A DNA stretch of 64,000 nt from Acidobacteriota bacterium (GCA_963664705.1 OY761556.1:1472001-1536000); one strand, 5' to 3'; positions 38,755 through 49,190 are shown, counted from the stretch's first letter. Numbers and translations: made by a program. The notes: generated by a model from the letters alone, not told the origin.

Positions 38755-39630
38755 ATGATTCTGAGCATGACTGGCTTTGGGAGTGGCTCCGCTCAGAAGG
38801 ACGACATCACGGTCTCGGTGGAAATCAGGACTGTCAACCATCGTTTCCTGGATCTCCACATACGACTGTCGAGAGAGTACCTGTTCCTTGAGGGAGAGAT
38901 TCAACAACTGGTTCGAGGTGTGCTGGATCGTGGGCGGGTCGAAGTGAATACGACGATCCAGAACACGAGTGCAGCGGCATTTCTGGTCAACACCAACCTG
39001 GTCAAAGGGTACCTGGAGGCGGCCGGAAGGCTGAAGCAGGAATTCAACCTCCAGGATTCGCTGGATCTGAAATCCATCCTGAGCCTGCCCGGTGTTCTTC
39101 AGAACCGGGACATGGTCACCGACAATACCGCAGCCATTTCGGAGTTGGTGGCTGCCGCTGTCAGAACAGCGCTCGACGGAGTTCTGCAGATGCGTCGCAA
39201 AGAAGGGGAAGCGCTGCGCACGGATATGCTGAAGAACCTCGGATCGGTGGAAGCGAGTTCGAGTGAGATCCAGCAGTTGAGCAGCAATTCCTCGATGGAA
39301 TACATGCAGAAGCTGAAGGATCGGCTTGCGCAGCTTCTCCCGCAGGGAGGACTGGATCCGCAGCGTCTGGCGCAGGAAGCCGCGCTCCTTGCGGACAAAT
39401 GCGATATTTCGGAGGAAGTGGCTCGCCTGAGAAGCCATATTGAGCAGTATCATGCTTTGATGGATGGGAAAGAGAAAGCGGGAAAGAAGCTCGATTTCCT
39501 TCTTCAGGAGCTGCAGCGCGAGGCGAACACCATTCTTTCAAAATCGGGAAATCTCGATGTTTCCCGCAACGCCATCGCGATCAAGGCCGATATTGAAAAA
39601 CTCCGTGAACAGGTTCAGAACGTTGAGTGA
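38755..39630 (+). CDS. yicC: YicC/YloC family endoribonuclease
   Basis: SMTGFG, VNHRFLD, DISEEV.RL.SH, GKKLDFLLQE..RE.NT, REQVQNVE. Confidence 0.95.
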   Translation: MILSMTGFGSGSAQKDDITVSVEIRTVNHRFLDLHIRLSREYLFLEGEIQQLVRGVLDRGRVEVNTTIQNTSAAAFLVNTNLVKGYLEAAGRLKQEFNLQDSLDLKSILSLPGVLQNRDMVTDNTAAISELVAAAVRTALDGVLQMRRKEGEALRTDMLKNLGSVEASSSEIQQLSSNSSMEYMQKLKDRLAQLLPQGGLDPQRLAQEAALLADKCDISEEVARLRSHIEQYHALMDGKEKAGKKLDFLLQELQREANTILSKSGNLDVSRNAIAIKADIEKLREQVQNVE

Positions 39631-40270
39631 GACGATAAAGCGAAGCGGCAATCTGATTATCGTTTCGGGACCCTCGGGTGCGGGGAAGTCCGCCCTGGTT
39701 GGAAGTGTCTTGAAGCTCGTGTCGCGCGTGCGGTTTTCGGTGTCCTATACGACGAGAGCGCCGCGCGGAACAGAGACCGATGGTGTGGAGTATTTCTTTG
39801 TAGACAGGGCGGAATTTGAATCTTTGATTGGAAGCGACAGTTTTCTTGAATGGGCTGAAGTGCATGGCAATTTGTACGGCACTTCAAAAGCCTTTGTGGA
39901 AGACCTGATGATGCAGGGCTACGATGTCCTGTTGGATATCGATGTTCAGGGGGCGGGAATTATTCGCAAAAAGCGGCCGGATGCCATTGCCGTTTTCATC
40001 CTGCCGCCATCTTTCGATGTTTTGCAGAGCCGTCTCGTGCACCGAAGTCTCGATACGGAAACGGTTGTGGAGCAGCGGCTGAAGCGGGCCTGTAACGAAA
40101 TCAGCCACTACAAGGAATACGATTATCTGGTCATCAATGAGGATCTCGGCAGCGCCATACGCGAACTGGAGTCCATAATTGTAGGAGCGCGGTGCCGGAC
40201 CGCTGCCAGGGTTGAATCCGTCAAGTCGATATTAGCTACTTTTGGAGGAATGGATGCAGAAGGTTCCTGA
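39623..40270 (+). CDS. gmk: Guanylate kinase
   Basis: GPSGAGKS, SYTTRAPR, YGT, DIDVQG; start inferred (TTG overlapping yicC). Confidence 0.93.
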   Translation: MSETIKRSGNLIIVSGPSGAGKSALVGSVLKLVSRVRFSVSYTTRAPRGTETDGVEYFFVDRAEFESLIGSDSFLEWAEVHGNLYGTSKAFVEDLMMQGYDVLLDIDVQGAGIIRKKRPDAIAVFILPPSFDVLQSRLVHRSLDTETVVEQRLKRACNEISHYKEYDYLVINEDLGSAIRELESIIVGARCRTAARVESVKSILATFGGMDAEGS

Positions 40271-40457
40271 AAGCATTGGATCTAAATACCGATTTATCAT
40301 TATTGCGGCGGAGCGTGCCAAGCAGTTGCAGAACAATGCCAGGCCGAAGATCAAAACCCGGTCCACCAAGCCGGCTCATATAGCGATGCGGGAGATCGAG
40401 CAGGATCTGGTTGCTTTTGAAATGCAGACTCCGGTAGAGCCCTCGAGTCAGGGTTAG
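40254..40457 (+). CDS. rpoZ: RNA polymerase omega subunit
   Basis: SKY..III.A.RAKQL...KP..IAMREI; GGAGG RBS; between gmk and coaBC. Confidence 0.92.
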   Translation: MQKVPESIGSKYRFIIIAAERAKQLQNNARPKIKTRSTKPAHIAMREIEQDLVAFEMQTPVEPSSQG

Positions 40458-40466
40458 GGAGTTCCT

Positions 40467-41645
40467 GTGAAGATCGCGCTGGGCGTAACCGGTTGCATCG
40501 CTGCCTACAAGGCTATCGAGGTCATGCGAGGGCTTCAGAAGGCCGGCGCATCCGTGCAGGTGATTCTGACGCGCTCGGCGGCCGAATTTGTCACGCCGCT
40601 GACTTTTGAATCCTTGTCGGGACAGCATGTCATCACGGACATGTTTGAGGCGGAACTGAACCGGGATATCCGGCACATCAGTGTCGCGCAGTCCATTCAA
40701 CTGCTGGCGGTCGTGCCGGCGACGGCGAACATCATCGGAAAGTTTGCCCACGGGATCGCGGATGATTTTCTGTCCACGCTGTATCTTTCCACTCCTTCCC
40801 CTGTCTTTATTGCGCCGGCGATGAATGTGGAAATGTGGCATCACGCGGCGGTGCGGGCCAATGTGGATATCCTCAAGAGCCGTGGACACTATTTCGTGGA
40901 TCCGGAGCCGGGCATGCTTGCCTGTGGCATGGAGGGGGATGGGAAGCTGGCGACCGTCGATGTGATCGTCAGCCGGATTCTCCAAGTGCTGCGTGCGGGT
41001 GACGCGCTTTCGGGGATGAAGGTGCTGGTTACCGCGGGGCCAACGGTTGAGGACATCGATCCGATCCGGTTTCTATCCAACCGGAGTTCCGGGAAGATGG
41101 GGTATGCGGTGGCGGAGGAAGCTCGCCGTCGCGGGGCTACGGTCTACCTCGTATCGGGTCCAACGGCGTTGAGTGCGCCGGCAGGCGTGCAGCGAATTTC
41201 CGTGCGTTCGGCGGCCGAGATGAAGGATGCCGTGATGCGTCTGTATCCGGACGTGGACATTGTTGTCAAGGCTGCGGCGGTTGCCGATTATCGCCCGGTG
41301 GAAGTTGCCGCGCAGAAGATCAAAAAAGGCAAAGATGAAAAGATCCTGCATCTGACGCGCACGGAAGACATTCTCGAGACTCTGGGGAAACAGAAGAAGG
41401 GCCAGGTACTGGTCGGATTTGCGGCTGAAACGGAAAACCTTCTTGAGGCCGCGAAGGAGAAGCTGCTGCGCAAGAACCTGGACCTGCTGGTGGCCAATGA
41501 TGTCTCCCGGGGAATCTTTGGTTCGGATTCCTCCACGGTCCACATTCTGAACAAAGGCGGGGAGACAATTACCATCGAAGGGCAATCGAAACTCTCCATT
41601 GCAGGCAAAATCCTCGATTTGGCATTAGCTGTCAGAAAGGGCTGA
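40467..41645 (+). CDS. coaBC: Bifunctional PPC decarboxylase/PPC synthetase
   Basis: TGCIAAYK, PAMN, TAGPT.E.IDP.RF..N.SSGKMG, AAVADY, GFAAET. Confidence 0.97.
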   Translation: MKIALGVTGCIAAYKAIEVMRGLQKAGASVQVILTRSAAEFVTPLTFESLSGQHVITDMFEAELNRDIRHISVAQSIQLLAVVPATANIIGKFAHGIADDFLSTLYLSTPSPVFIAPAMNVEMWHHAAVRANVDILKSRGHYFVDPEPGMLACGMEGDGKLATVDVIVSRILQVLRAGDALSGMKVLVTAGPTVEDIDPIRFLSNRSSGKMGYAVAEEARRRGATVYLVSGPTALSAPAGVQRISVRSAAEMKDAVMRLYPDVDIVVKAAAVADYRPVEVAAQKIKKGKDEKILHLTRTEDILETLGKQKKGQVLVGFAAETENLLEAAKEKLLRKNLDLLVANDVSRGIFGSDSSTVHILNKGGETITIEGQSKLSIAGKILDLALAVRKG

Positions 41646-41698
41646 TACTCGAAGCGGGCGCACCTCGCCCCATCCGGTAGCCAGCATCGTATTCACTT

Positions 41699-42589
41699 AT
41701 GAAGTCAGGCACTGTAGTCATCATCGGACGACCCAATTCCGGAAAATCCACTCTGCTGAACGCGCTCGTGGGGCAGAAAATTTCCATCGTATCCCCGAAG
41801 CCGCAGACGACGCGGCATCGCATCCTCGGGATCACAACCGAAGCGCGCGGACAGATCGTCTTCATGGACACGCCGGGAATTCACAAGCCGGCCTATGGGA
41901 TGAATCGTCGGATGCTGCACACCGTCTACGACGGGTTGAGAGATGTTGATCTTGTGCTCCTGGTCGTGGATGCCTCTATTGCCTACGGGTCGGGAGAGCA
42001 TTTTGTTCTCGAGACCGTAAAAAAAGCGGAGGCGCGGTCGCTGCTGCTGCTGAACAAAATTGACAGCATTGCCAAGAACAAGCTGCTTCCCATTATGCAG
42101 CGGTATGGAAGCTCGTATGAGTTTCTGGAGATCCTGCCGATTTCTGCAAAGACCGGTGAAAACCTCGATCTGCTGCGCGACAGGCTTTTCGAATATCTGC
42201 CGGAAGGGGAGCCGCTTTACGATTCTGAACAGTTCACAGACCGGACGGAGAGGTTTCTTGCCTCCGAGTTCATCCGCGAAAAACTGCTGGAGCGTGTTCG
42301 CGAGGAATTGCCGTATGCCTGTGCCGTACTGATTCGTAAGTTTGATGAAAGCCAGAGAGAAGAAAAAAACCTGGTGGTGATCGATGCGGACATCCTGGTC
42401 GAGAAGCGTTCGCAGCAGGGGATTGTTCTGGGTGCCGGCGCTTCGCAGCTTCGGGATCTCGGCATCTCCGCCCGCAAGGAACTGGAACAGCTGCTCGATT
42501 GCAAGGTATACCTCGGCCTCCAGGTGAGAACAGCGCGAAACTGGCGGAATGACGACGCCGTGCTGGATCAACTGGAGCTCGGGCTATGA
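41699..42589 (+). CDS. era: GTPase Era
   Basis: GRPNSGKS, QTTR, DTPG, NKID, ISA and KH domain. Confidence 0.96.
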   Translation: MKSGTVVIIGRPNSGKSTLLNALVGQKISIVSPKPQTTRHRILGITTEARGQIVFMDTPGIHKPAYGMNRRMLHTVYDGLRDVDLVLLVVDASIAYGSGEHFVLETVKKAEARSLLLLNKIDSIAKNKLLPIMQRYGSSYEFLEILPISAKTGENLDLLRDRLFEYLPEGEPLYDSEQFTDRTERFLASEFIREKLLERVREELPYACAVLIRKFDESQREEKNLVVIDADILVEKRSQQGIVLGAGASQLRDLGISARKELEQLLDCKVYLGLQVRTARNWRNDDAVLDQLELGL

Positions 42590-43368
42590 TCGGCGATGAA
42601 AAGCTTGAGAAGCAGATACTGGAGCATCTGAAGCTTTACAGGGATTTGGGGGTGCGTTGGGTGCGAGCGTCCGAAAAGCCAAAACAGAAGGCGGCTGCCC
42701 GAACGCAGCGGCGGCCGGATCCAGTGGCGCGGCCGGTTTCGGGACCGGTTCCGAAAACGACCGAGCCGGCGAAAGCGGAAGTCCGTCCGGCGCAGCCAGC
42801 CGCGCAACCGGATAAATTCTTTGATGCGATCCGGGTGGATCTGACGGATTGCAAGCGCTGCAAGCTTTGGTCCACGCGCAAGAACATCGTGTTCGGTTCG
42901 GGGAATCCCCATGCGGACCTGATGTTTGTCGGGGAAGCCCCCGGGGCGGACGAAGATGAACAGGGTTTGCCATTTGTAGGGCGCGCCGGCCAGCTGCTCA
43001 CCAAAATCATCGAGTCGGTCGGACTGCAGCGGAGCGATGTGTTCATCTGCAATATCCTGAAGTGCCGCCCACCCGGAAACCGCAATCCGGAAAGCGAGGA
43101 AATCGCCGCCTGTGAGCAGTTTCTTTTCCGGCAGATTGAGGCGGTGAAGCCGAAGATCATTTGTGCGCTGGGCACGTTTGGTGCGCAGACGCTTTTGCGG
43201 ACCACAGAGCCGATCGGGAGGCTGCGCGGTCGCATGCTCGAATACCGGGGCGTTAAACTCATTGCCACCTATCATCCTGCCTACCTGTTGAGAAACCCGA
43301 TGGAAAAGAGGAAGGTGTGGGAGGACATGCTGGTAATCAAAAAACACCTCGGCTCCGTTCATCCATAA
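42586..43368 (+). CDS. Uracil-DNA glycosylase family 4
   Basis: CxxC, GEAPG..ED, PFVGRAG, KCRPP.NR and HPAY motifs. Confidence 0.95.
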   Translation: MIGDEKLEKQILEHLKLYRDLGVRWVRASEKPKQKAAARTQRRPDPVARPVSGPVPKTTEPAKAEVRPAQPAAQPDKFFDAIRVDLTDCKRCKLWSTRKNIVFGSGNPHADLMFVGEAPGADEDEQGLPFVGRAGQLLTKIIESVGLQRSDVFICNILKCRPPGNRNPESEEIAACEQFLFRQIEAVKPKIICALGTFGAQTLLRTTEPIGRLRGRMLEYRGVKLIATYHPAYLLRNPMEKRKVWEDMLVIKKHLGSVHP

Positions 43369-43435
43369 ACATCACCGCATGCGCGTCAGGCCCGGGCATA
43401 AGAAATCCGCGTCCGCCGGGAGCGCCGCCGTCCCG

Positions 43436-43790
43436 GCTCATACTGCATTGTATTTGTTCTGAGCCCTGCGATGCGAGTGAGGCACCAGGCCCGGAGGGCC
43501 GAAAGCAAGTAGCCGGGGGTGACGCGTAGCGAACCCCCGGATTGGATTGGACCAGCAACAAGCCCTGAAGGGGTGGCAGAATGATCGATCGTTCGCCCCT
43601 CCAGGTTTTTCTCGCGCTTGTCTCTACCGGGGGGGCGCTGCGCTTCACCCCGGCCACTTTCTGATCGCCCTCCGGGGCTGATATGCGTTGCCCAACCAGG
43701 TTTCTTGGGCAAATAATATGCAGCATTCGCCGTCCCGGCGGCAGCAGCTGTGGTGAAAGTGGCCAAGCTTTTGCCGGTGAGATGCCGGCG
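43436..43790. mobile_element. MITE/REPIN-like element (family A), second full copy
   Basis: Colinear with 38256-38592 (TTGTTCTGA...GGCACCAGGCCCGGAGGGCCGAAAG...GGCAAATAATATGCAGCATT). Confidence 0.75.
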
Positions 43791-43818
43791 TTCCCGACAG
43801 GTAAGTCGGCAGGAAATC

Positions 43819-46275
43819 ATGCGTGAAATCGTCGATATAGCCATCCCGGTTGGAATTCGAAAAACTTTTTCTTACTCTCTGCCGCCGGAGTTCCGAGGAT
43901 GCATTGCGGAAGGAATGCGTGTGCTGGTGCCATTCGGCCGCAAGCTTCTGACCGGGTATGTGGTTGGCTTTCCGGAGAGCGCGCAGGTGGAGATGAAGAA
44001 GCTGCGCCCTGTCCGGGAGTTGCTCGATTCTGAACCTGCCGTTCCTGCAGCGCTGGTGGAGACGGCGCTCTGGGTTGCCAGGTATTACTTTGCTCCGCCG
44101 GGAGAGGTATTCCGGGCTTTGTTTCCGGCGGGGACGCAGGTGTCGGGAGAGCGGCGCGTCTCTCTTACGCCCAAAGCGGAGAGGCTTCTGGCTGGGGGAT
44201 TACGTCCGGTTGGGCTACGCTCTCAGGAAGATAGGATCCTGGATATCCTGGCAAAGGAAAATTCACGGACAATCAAGGAGCTGTCCGAGTCTTCGGGGTT
44301 GCAGGGTGTCGATGGCTGGATCGAATCGCTCGTAGCGGCGCAATGGGTGCAGGTCGAGACATTTGTTGAAGTGGCCAAGGTGAAGGCGAAGGAGCAGCTG
44401 GGAATTCGCATTCTCGAATTCTCTCCTGAAATTGCCGCGGATCTGCCGACCGCGCAGAAACGGCTGTTCTCGGTGCTCAATCCGGCCGGGGAGCCGGTTC
44501 TGCTGCAGGACGCGTTGAAAGCAGCCAACAGCACAAACGGCGTGGCCCGCGCCCTGGAACAAAAGGGACTGGTTTCGATTGCACCGGCTCAACTGCACCG
44601 GACACCGCTGGACCTGGCCGCCACCGAGGCTTCGATTGCGCCGGTCCTGACGCCGGCACAGAGCGAGCTGGTCGATGGCGTTCTGCAATTGATTTCACAA
44701 GGGCAGGCGGCCCGTTGCCTGATTCATGGCGTGACGGGAAGCGGTAAAACCGAGATCTATCTGCGGCTGATTTCCGAGGTGCTGAAATCCGGTGGCACCG
44801 CGATGTTCCTTGTTCCGGAGATTGGGCTCACTCCGATGCTCAGCCGATTGGTTGTATCCCGTTTCCCGGGCCAGGTTTCGCTGTTGCACAGCGGCATGTC
44901 TCCGGGGGAGCGGTTTGACCAGTGGAGCCGGATTCGGGCCGGCCAGGCCAAAGTTGTGGTTGGAACTCGGTCCGCCGTGTTTGCACCGCTGAAGGATCTT
45001 CGATTCATTGTCATCGATGAAGAGCAGGATTCATCCTATAAGCAGGATGAATCCCCCTGCTACCATGCGCGCGAAGTAGCCTGGCATCGGATGGCGCAGT
45101 GTGGCGGGGTCCTGCTGTTGGGTTCGGCAACTCCATCGATAGAATCCTTCCACTGGGCCAGGCGCAGCGGCCGCTGTTTTTCACTGCCGGAGCGGATCGA
45201 GGCAAAGCCGTTGCCCCTGGTCCATATCGTCGACATGACCCGGGAATTCCAACGCGTCGGCAAACGAACGGTCATTTCAGCAGCCATGGAAGAGGAACTG
45301 CAGAGCTGCATGGATCGCCAGGAACAGGCGATCGTTTTGCTCAATCGCAGAGGGTATTCCCGGTCGCTGCTGTGCCGGAGCTGCGGGCACGTGTTCACAT
45401 GCCCGGACTGCAGCATCAGCATGACTTACCATCAGCTGGAGGATCGGCTGGCTTGCCATTATTGCGGGCAGGATCGCAGCACCCCGGATGTCTGCAGCGA
45501 GTGCGGGGGGGCCTACATTCACTATTCCGGAGTAGGGACCGAACAATTGGAAGCACTGCTGAAAGCACTGCTTCCGAAGGCGAGGATTGCCCGCCTGGAC
45601 AGAGACTCCACGCGCCGACGCGGTGTGCTGAGATCCACGCTGTTTGCCTTTGCCGATCGCAAGCTGGACCTGCTGGTCGGAACCCAGATGCTGGCAAAAG
45701 GGCACGATTTTCCGAACGTTACGCTCGTAGGTGTTGTGTCCGGCGATTCCGGGCTGGCATTCCCGGATTTCAGATCCGCGGAAAGAACGTTCCAGCTTCT
45801 GACCCAGGTGGCGGGCCGCGCGGGCCGGGGGGCCTCTCCCGGCCGCGTGGTTCTTCAATCGTACTACCCCGACAACTACGCGCTGCAGTTTGCACAGCAA
45901 CAGGATTATCAGGGGTTTTATGAGAGGGAGATCGATTTCCGTCGGTTGATGGGATATCCCCCCTATCGCGGATTAGTGCAGATTCTCATTGCGGATCCCG
46001 ACCATTCCAAGGCTTCGGCGACGGCCGAAAAGATAGCCGCTACTTTGCGGAGACTTGCGGCCCGGACTGAAGGCCCGATGCGGCCGCATGTGCTGGGGCC
46101 CGCAGCGGCGCCGATTGAGAAGCTGCGCGGCAATTTCCGGATGCAGGTATTGGTGAAGCTGCACCCGGATTTGCAGGGCGCCGCGATTCTTCAGGATTGC
46201 TTTGAGGAATTGGACCGGCAAAAGTTGTCGGCAGCGCGCGTGCATGTCGACGTCGATCCTCTGTCTCTGCTTTAG
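43819..46275 (+). CDS. priA: Primosomal protein N' (replication restart helicase)
   Basis: GVTGSGKT, DEEQ (DExx motif), SATPS, NRRGY, four CxxC pairs, KGHDFP, DVDP. Confidence 0.96.
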   Translation: MREIVDIAIPVGIRKTFSYSLPPEFRGCIAEGMRVLVPFGRKLLTGYVVGFPESAQVEMKKLRPVRELLDSEPAVPAALVETALWVARYYFAPPGEVFRALFPAGTQVSGERRVSLTPKAERLLAGGLRPVGLRSQEDRILDILAKENSRTIKELSESSGLQGVDGWIESLVAAQWVQVETFVEVAKVKAKEQLGIRILEFSPEIAADLPTAQKRLFSVLNPAGEPVLLQDALKAANSTNGVARALEQKGLVSIAPAQLHRTPLDLAATEASIAPVLTPAQSELVDGVLQLISQGQAARCLIHGVTGSGKTEIYLRLISEVLKSGGTAMFLVPEIGLTPMLSRLVVSRFPGQVSLLHSGMSPGERFDQWSRIRAGQAKVVVGTRSAVFAPLKDLRFIVIDEEQDSSYKQDESPCYHAREVAWHRMAQCGGVLLLGSATPSIESFHWARRSGRCFSLPERIEAKPLPLVHIVDMTREFQRVGKRTVISAAMEEELQSCMDRQEQAIVLLNRRGYSRSLLCRSCGHVFTCPDCSISMTYHQLEDRLACHYCGQDRSTPDVCSECGGAYIHYSGVGTEQLEALLKALLPKARIARLDRDSTRRRGVLRSTLFAFADRKLDLLVGTQMLAKGHDFPNVTLVGVVSGDSGLAFPDFRSAERTFQLLTQVAGRAGRGASPGRVVLQSYYPDNYALQFAQQQDYQGFYEREIDFRRLMGYPPYRGLVQILIADPDHSKASATAEKIAATLRRLAARTEGPMRPHVLGPAAAPIEKLRGNFRMQVLVKLHPDLQGAAILQDCFEELDRQKLSAARVHVDVDPLSLL

Positions 46276-46375
46276 CCCGCATACTAATTAGAGGTTGAGC
46301 TGCGGAATGAAGGCGGGACCCACTGGAAGCGCCGACGTCTCCGTAATACCATTTGCTTTTTTTCATTTGCCGATC

Positions 46376-46800
46376 TTTCGCCCTTCAGGGCTACTATTAT
46401 TTCACCACCCTACCAGGGGTTCGCTCCGCTCACCCCTGGCTACTTGCTTTCGGCCCTCCGGGCCTGGTGCTTCGCTCGTGTCGCAGGGCTCAGAACAAAT
46501 TTTGCGCCTCCGGCGTTCCTGCCAGGGCAGGGGTTCGCTCCGCTCACCCCTGCTTAAACTCCGGCGCTTTCGAGGCTCTTTGAACCGCGAAGCTCGCCCA
46601 GAGCCCTACCTCTTGCGCCTCCAGCGTTCCTACCAGGGCGGGTGGGTACTTCGTTGCCCTGTGACTCGATTCAAGCAGCCGTTGGTGTCATCGGCACGGA
46701 GATCCAGCGCCGGAGGCGCGAAAGATAGTAGCCCCGGGCGAGCTTGCGAGCCCGGGGTTATACTCGGGGGAATCAAAGAGCCCTGAAGGGGCGAAAGAAA
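46376..46800. repeat. Family A REP cluster in reverse orientation plus variants
   Basis: 46376-46500 is the reverse complement of the left half of 43455-43575; extra hairpins at 46527-46553 and 46705-46800. Confidence 0.75.
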
Positions 46801-46975
46801 GCGCCTGAAAAAAAGTAAATGGCATTGGGTGTCTCGCCGGCAAGCCAACGCTCCCGGTGCTGTGATCGACAGGTGCATTGTTTGTTTGGTTCAAAACGGC
46901 AAATTGTGGTACAACGAATTCGTGTTCGTAATCCGGAGTGTGTCCCAGATACAATCAAGTTGAAATGGAGGAATT

Positions 46976-47521
46976 ATGGCAGCATGCTCTAAATGCGGGT
47001 CGGTCGTAGCAGACGGCGCATCCTTCTGCAGCGTTTGTGGGTCACCGGTGTCAGTTGTCAGCAATCCTGTTCCCCCACCTCCGCCCCCACCGCAGTCCCA
47101 GTTTCAGCCTCAGTATCAGTCCCAGCCTCAGCCCCAGGCGCCGCTACAGCCTCAGATGGGAGCGACCTCGGCCGGCCTGAGTTCCAATGTTGCCGGCGCT
47201 CTTGCCTACCTGGTGGGTCTGATCACTGGAATCATCTTCCTGGTTCTGGATCCGTACAAGGGTGATCGTTTTGTCCGCTTCCACGCGTTTCAATCGATTT
47301 TCCTGAATGTCGCCCTGATTATTTTCGGATTTATCTGGAGCGCGATTGTGGGAATGCTGATCTTCTCGCTCGGGCTGCTTTCGCTGGTCAGTTTGATCGG
47401 CTCGCTAGTCTACCTTGCATTCTTTATTCTGTGGTTGTTCCTCATGTTCAAGGCGTACAACAAGGAAATGTTCAAGCTTCCGATCATCGGGGATATTGCC
47501 GAAAAACAGGCTGCCAAATAG
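46976..47521 (+). CDS. Zinc-ribbon plus DUF4870/Tic20-like membrane protein
   Basis: CSKC..CSVC, Pro/Gln linker, FVRFHAFQS and KLPIIG motifs; GGAGG RBS. Confidence 0.85.
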   Translation: MAACSKCGSVVADGASFCSVCGSPVSVVSNPVPPPPPPPQSQFQPQYQSQPQPQAPLQPQMGATSAGLSSNVAGALAYLVGLITGIIFLVLDPYKGDRFVRFHAFQSIFLNVALIIFGFIWSAIVGMLIFSLGLLSLVSLIGSLVYLAFFILWLFLMFKAYNKEMFKLPIIGDIAEKQAAK

Positions 47522-47593
47522 GATTTATGATTTGCGGCGGACAATGAGCGGATTGGCCCGCCATCGTCCGTCGCAAATCGTCAACGCTTCTTC

Positions 47594-48499
47594 ATGAGTC
47601 ACGATCACGCACATCACGCGCACCACGCACCGAAAACCGGCAAACAGAATCTGACCCTCGCCCTTGCGATAACCGGCACATGGTTTGTCATCGAGCTGGC
47701 CGGGGGGCTGTATGCCAATAGCCTTGCACTGCTGGCGGATGCAGCGCACATGCTCACCGATCTCGCTGCCCTCGGTCTGAGCCTGTTTGCCCTCAAGATA
47801 TCTGCGCGGCCAGCCACGCATTCCAAGACGTACGGGTACCTGCGTGCCGAAATTCTGGCCGCACTTGCCAACGGCATTTTTCTTATCCTGATCGCCATAT
47901 ATATCTTCTATGAATCCTATCAGCGTTTCCGTTTGCCGGAGGAAGTGAAGAGCGGGACAATGCTCGTCATTGCGTTCACCGGGCTCCTGGCCAATGTAAT
48001 CACGGCCGCGCTTCTGTTCCGGAGCCGGCATGAAAATCTGAATCTGCGAGGAGCCTTCCTGCATGTGCTCGGGGATACGCTTGGATCTGTCGGGGCCATT
48101 ATCGCGGGCGTGCTGATGATTCTTAAAAAGTGGTACCTGGCCGATCCTATTGTGTCAGTGGTTGTCGGTGCGCTGGTGCTGTACAGCTCCTGGGAACTGG
48201 TGGCCGAGAGCGTGGATGTGCTCCTGGAAGGCACGCCCAGGCATTTGAATATTTCAAATATCCTAAACGACCTGGGTCAGCTGAAGGGCGTCCGCTCGGT
48301 CCACGATCTGCATGTGTGGTCCATCACATCCGATATGACAGCCATGAGCTGCCATGTGGTGCTGAAGCCGAACGTGGATGCGGGCGAAGCGCTGGCTGCA
48401 TCCAACCGCCTGATGCGCGAAAAGTATGGGATCGATCATACGACCATCCAGATCGAATTCGACGATTGGCATCCGGGCGAGGACGTCGGCTGCCACTGA
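47594..48499 (+). CDS. Cation diffusion facilitator (CzcD/ZitB-like Zn/Co/Cd exporter)
   Basis: His-rich N-terminus; SLALLADAAHMLTD, HVLGD, VHDLHVW, HTTIQ. Confidence 0.94.
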   Translation: MSHDHAHHAHHAPKTGKQNLTLALAITGTWFVIELAGGLYANSLALLADAAHMLTDLAALGLSLFALKISARPATHSKTYGYLRAEILAALANGIFLILIAIYIFYESYQRFRLPEEVKSGTMLVIAFTGLLANVITAALLFRSRHENLNLRGAFLHVLGDTLGSVGAIIAGVLMILKKWYLADPIVSVVVGALVLYSSWELVAESVDVLLEGTPRHLNISNILNDLGQLKGVRSVHDLHVWSITSDMTAMSCHVVLKPNVDAGEALAASNRLMREKYGIDHTTIQIEFDDWHPGEDVGCH

Positions 48500-48501
48500 C
48501 A

Positions 48502-48674
48502 AATTACGAATTACGAATGACGAATGATGAATTACGAATGGAACAGCGCGTCCCGGTCTGCGTCATGCGTCATGGGATCGGAACTCTTCCACAAAGGTCT
48601 TCTTAATCAGCCAGCCCAATCATCGCCACATCGTATGTTTTCTTTCGTCATTCGTATTTCGTAATTCGTCATTC
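48502..48674. repeat. Inverted pair of ATTACGA/ATGACGA heptamer arrays between convergent genes
   Basis: Forward 48502-48540, reverse 48644-48674. Confidence 0.85.
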
Positions 48675-49190
48675 TGCTGGCGGTGCTGGCGGAACCGGCG
48701 GCTGATACACTGGCGGCATTGCGCCATCTCCGGGTTTGCGTTTCTCGAACAACGCGACGCCGATGGCGCCGCCGACCATGCCGAGCAGGCAGCAGAATGA
48801 AAGCATAAAAATGATGCCTAATGCATAAATAACCCCGGAGTTGGCAATGAAGGCTTCGGCCATTCGGCGGGTTTCCGGCGGCACATTCGGCATCTGTTCC
48901 ATGGATTGCCGGACCTGTTCGACGAAACTGCCATGTCCCAGCAGCATCTGCATCGGCACGGAGAACAGGCCGATGACGATGGCTCCGATGAAACCCGTCA
49001 GCAGCCCGAGCTGGACGCCGCGCCCGAGTTTAACGGCAACCGGCGAGTCCTTAACATAGATGTACGCGGCGATAACGCCGCCGGCAATGACCCAGGCACA
49101 GCAGAGGCAGCTGACGAGGGGCAATGAAGAAAGGATTCCCAAAACCACTCCGCCGATCACCGCAGGCTTCCACAGTCTTTCTTCATTCAT
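48669..49190 (-). CDS. Hypothetical membrane protein
   Basis: Start MNEERLWKPA with AAGGAG RBS and ATGA overlap with upstream gene; 3-4 TMs, CLCC motif, Pro-rich tail. Confidence 0.75.
   Translation of the reverse strand: MNEERLWKPAVIGGVVLGILSSLPLVSCLCCAWVIAGGVIAAYIYVKDSPVAVKLGRGVQLGLLTGFIGAIVIGLFSVPMQMLLGHGSFVEQVRQSMEQMPNVPPETRRMAEAFIANSGVIYALGIIFMLSFCCLLGMVGGAIGVALFEKRKPGDGAMPPVYQPPVPPAPPAE

Noticed and set aside
43337-43844. ORFs within REP/MITE regions (also 61-298, 38459-38758, 46295-46958)
   Set aside because: Similar peptides (RSAPP, TANAAYYLPK) recur only because the underlying repeats recur
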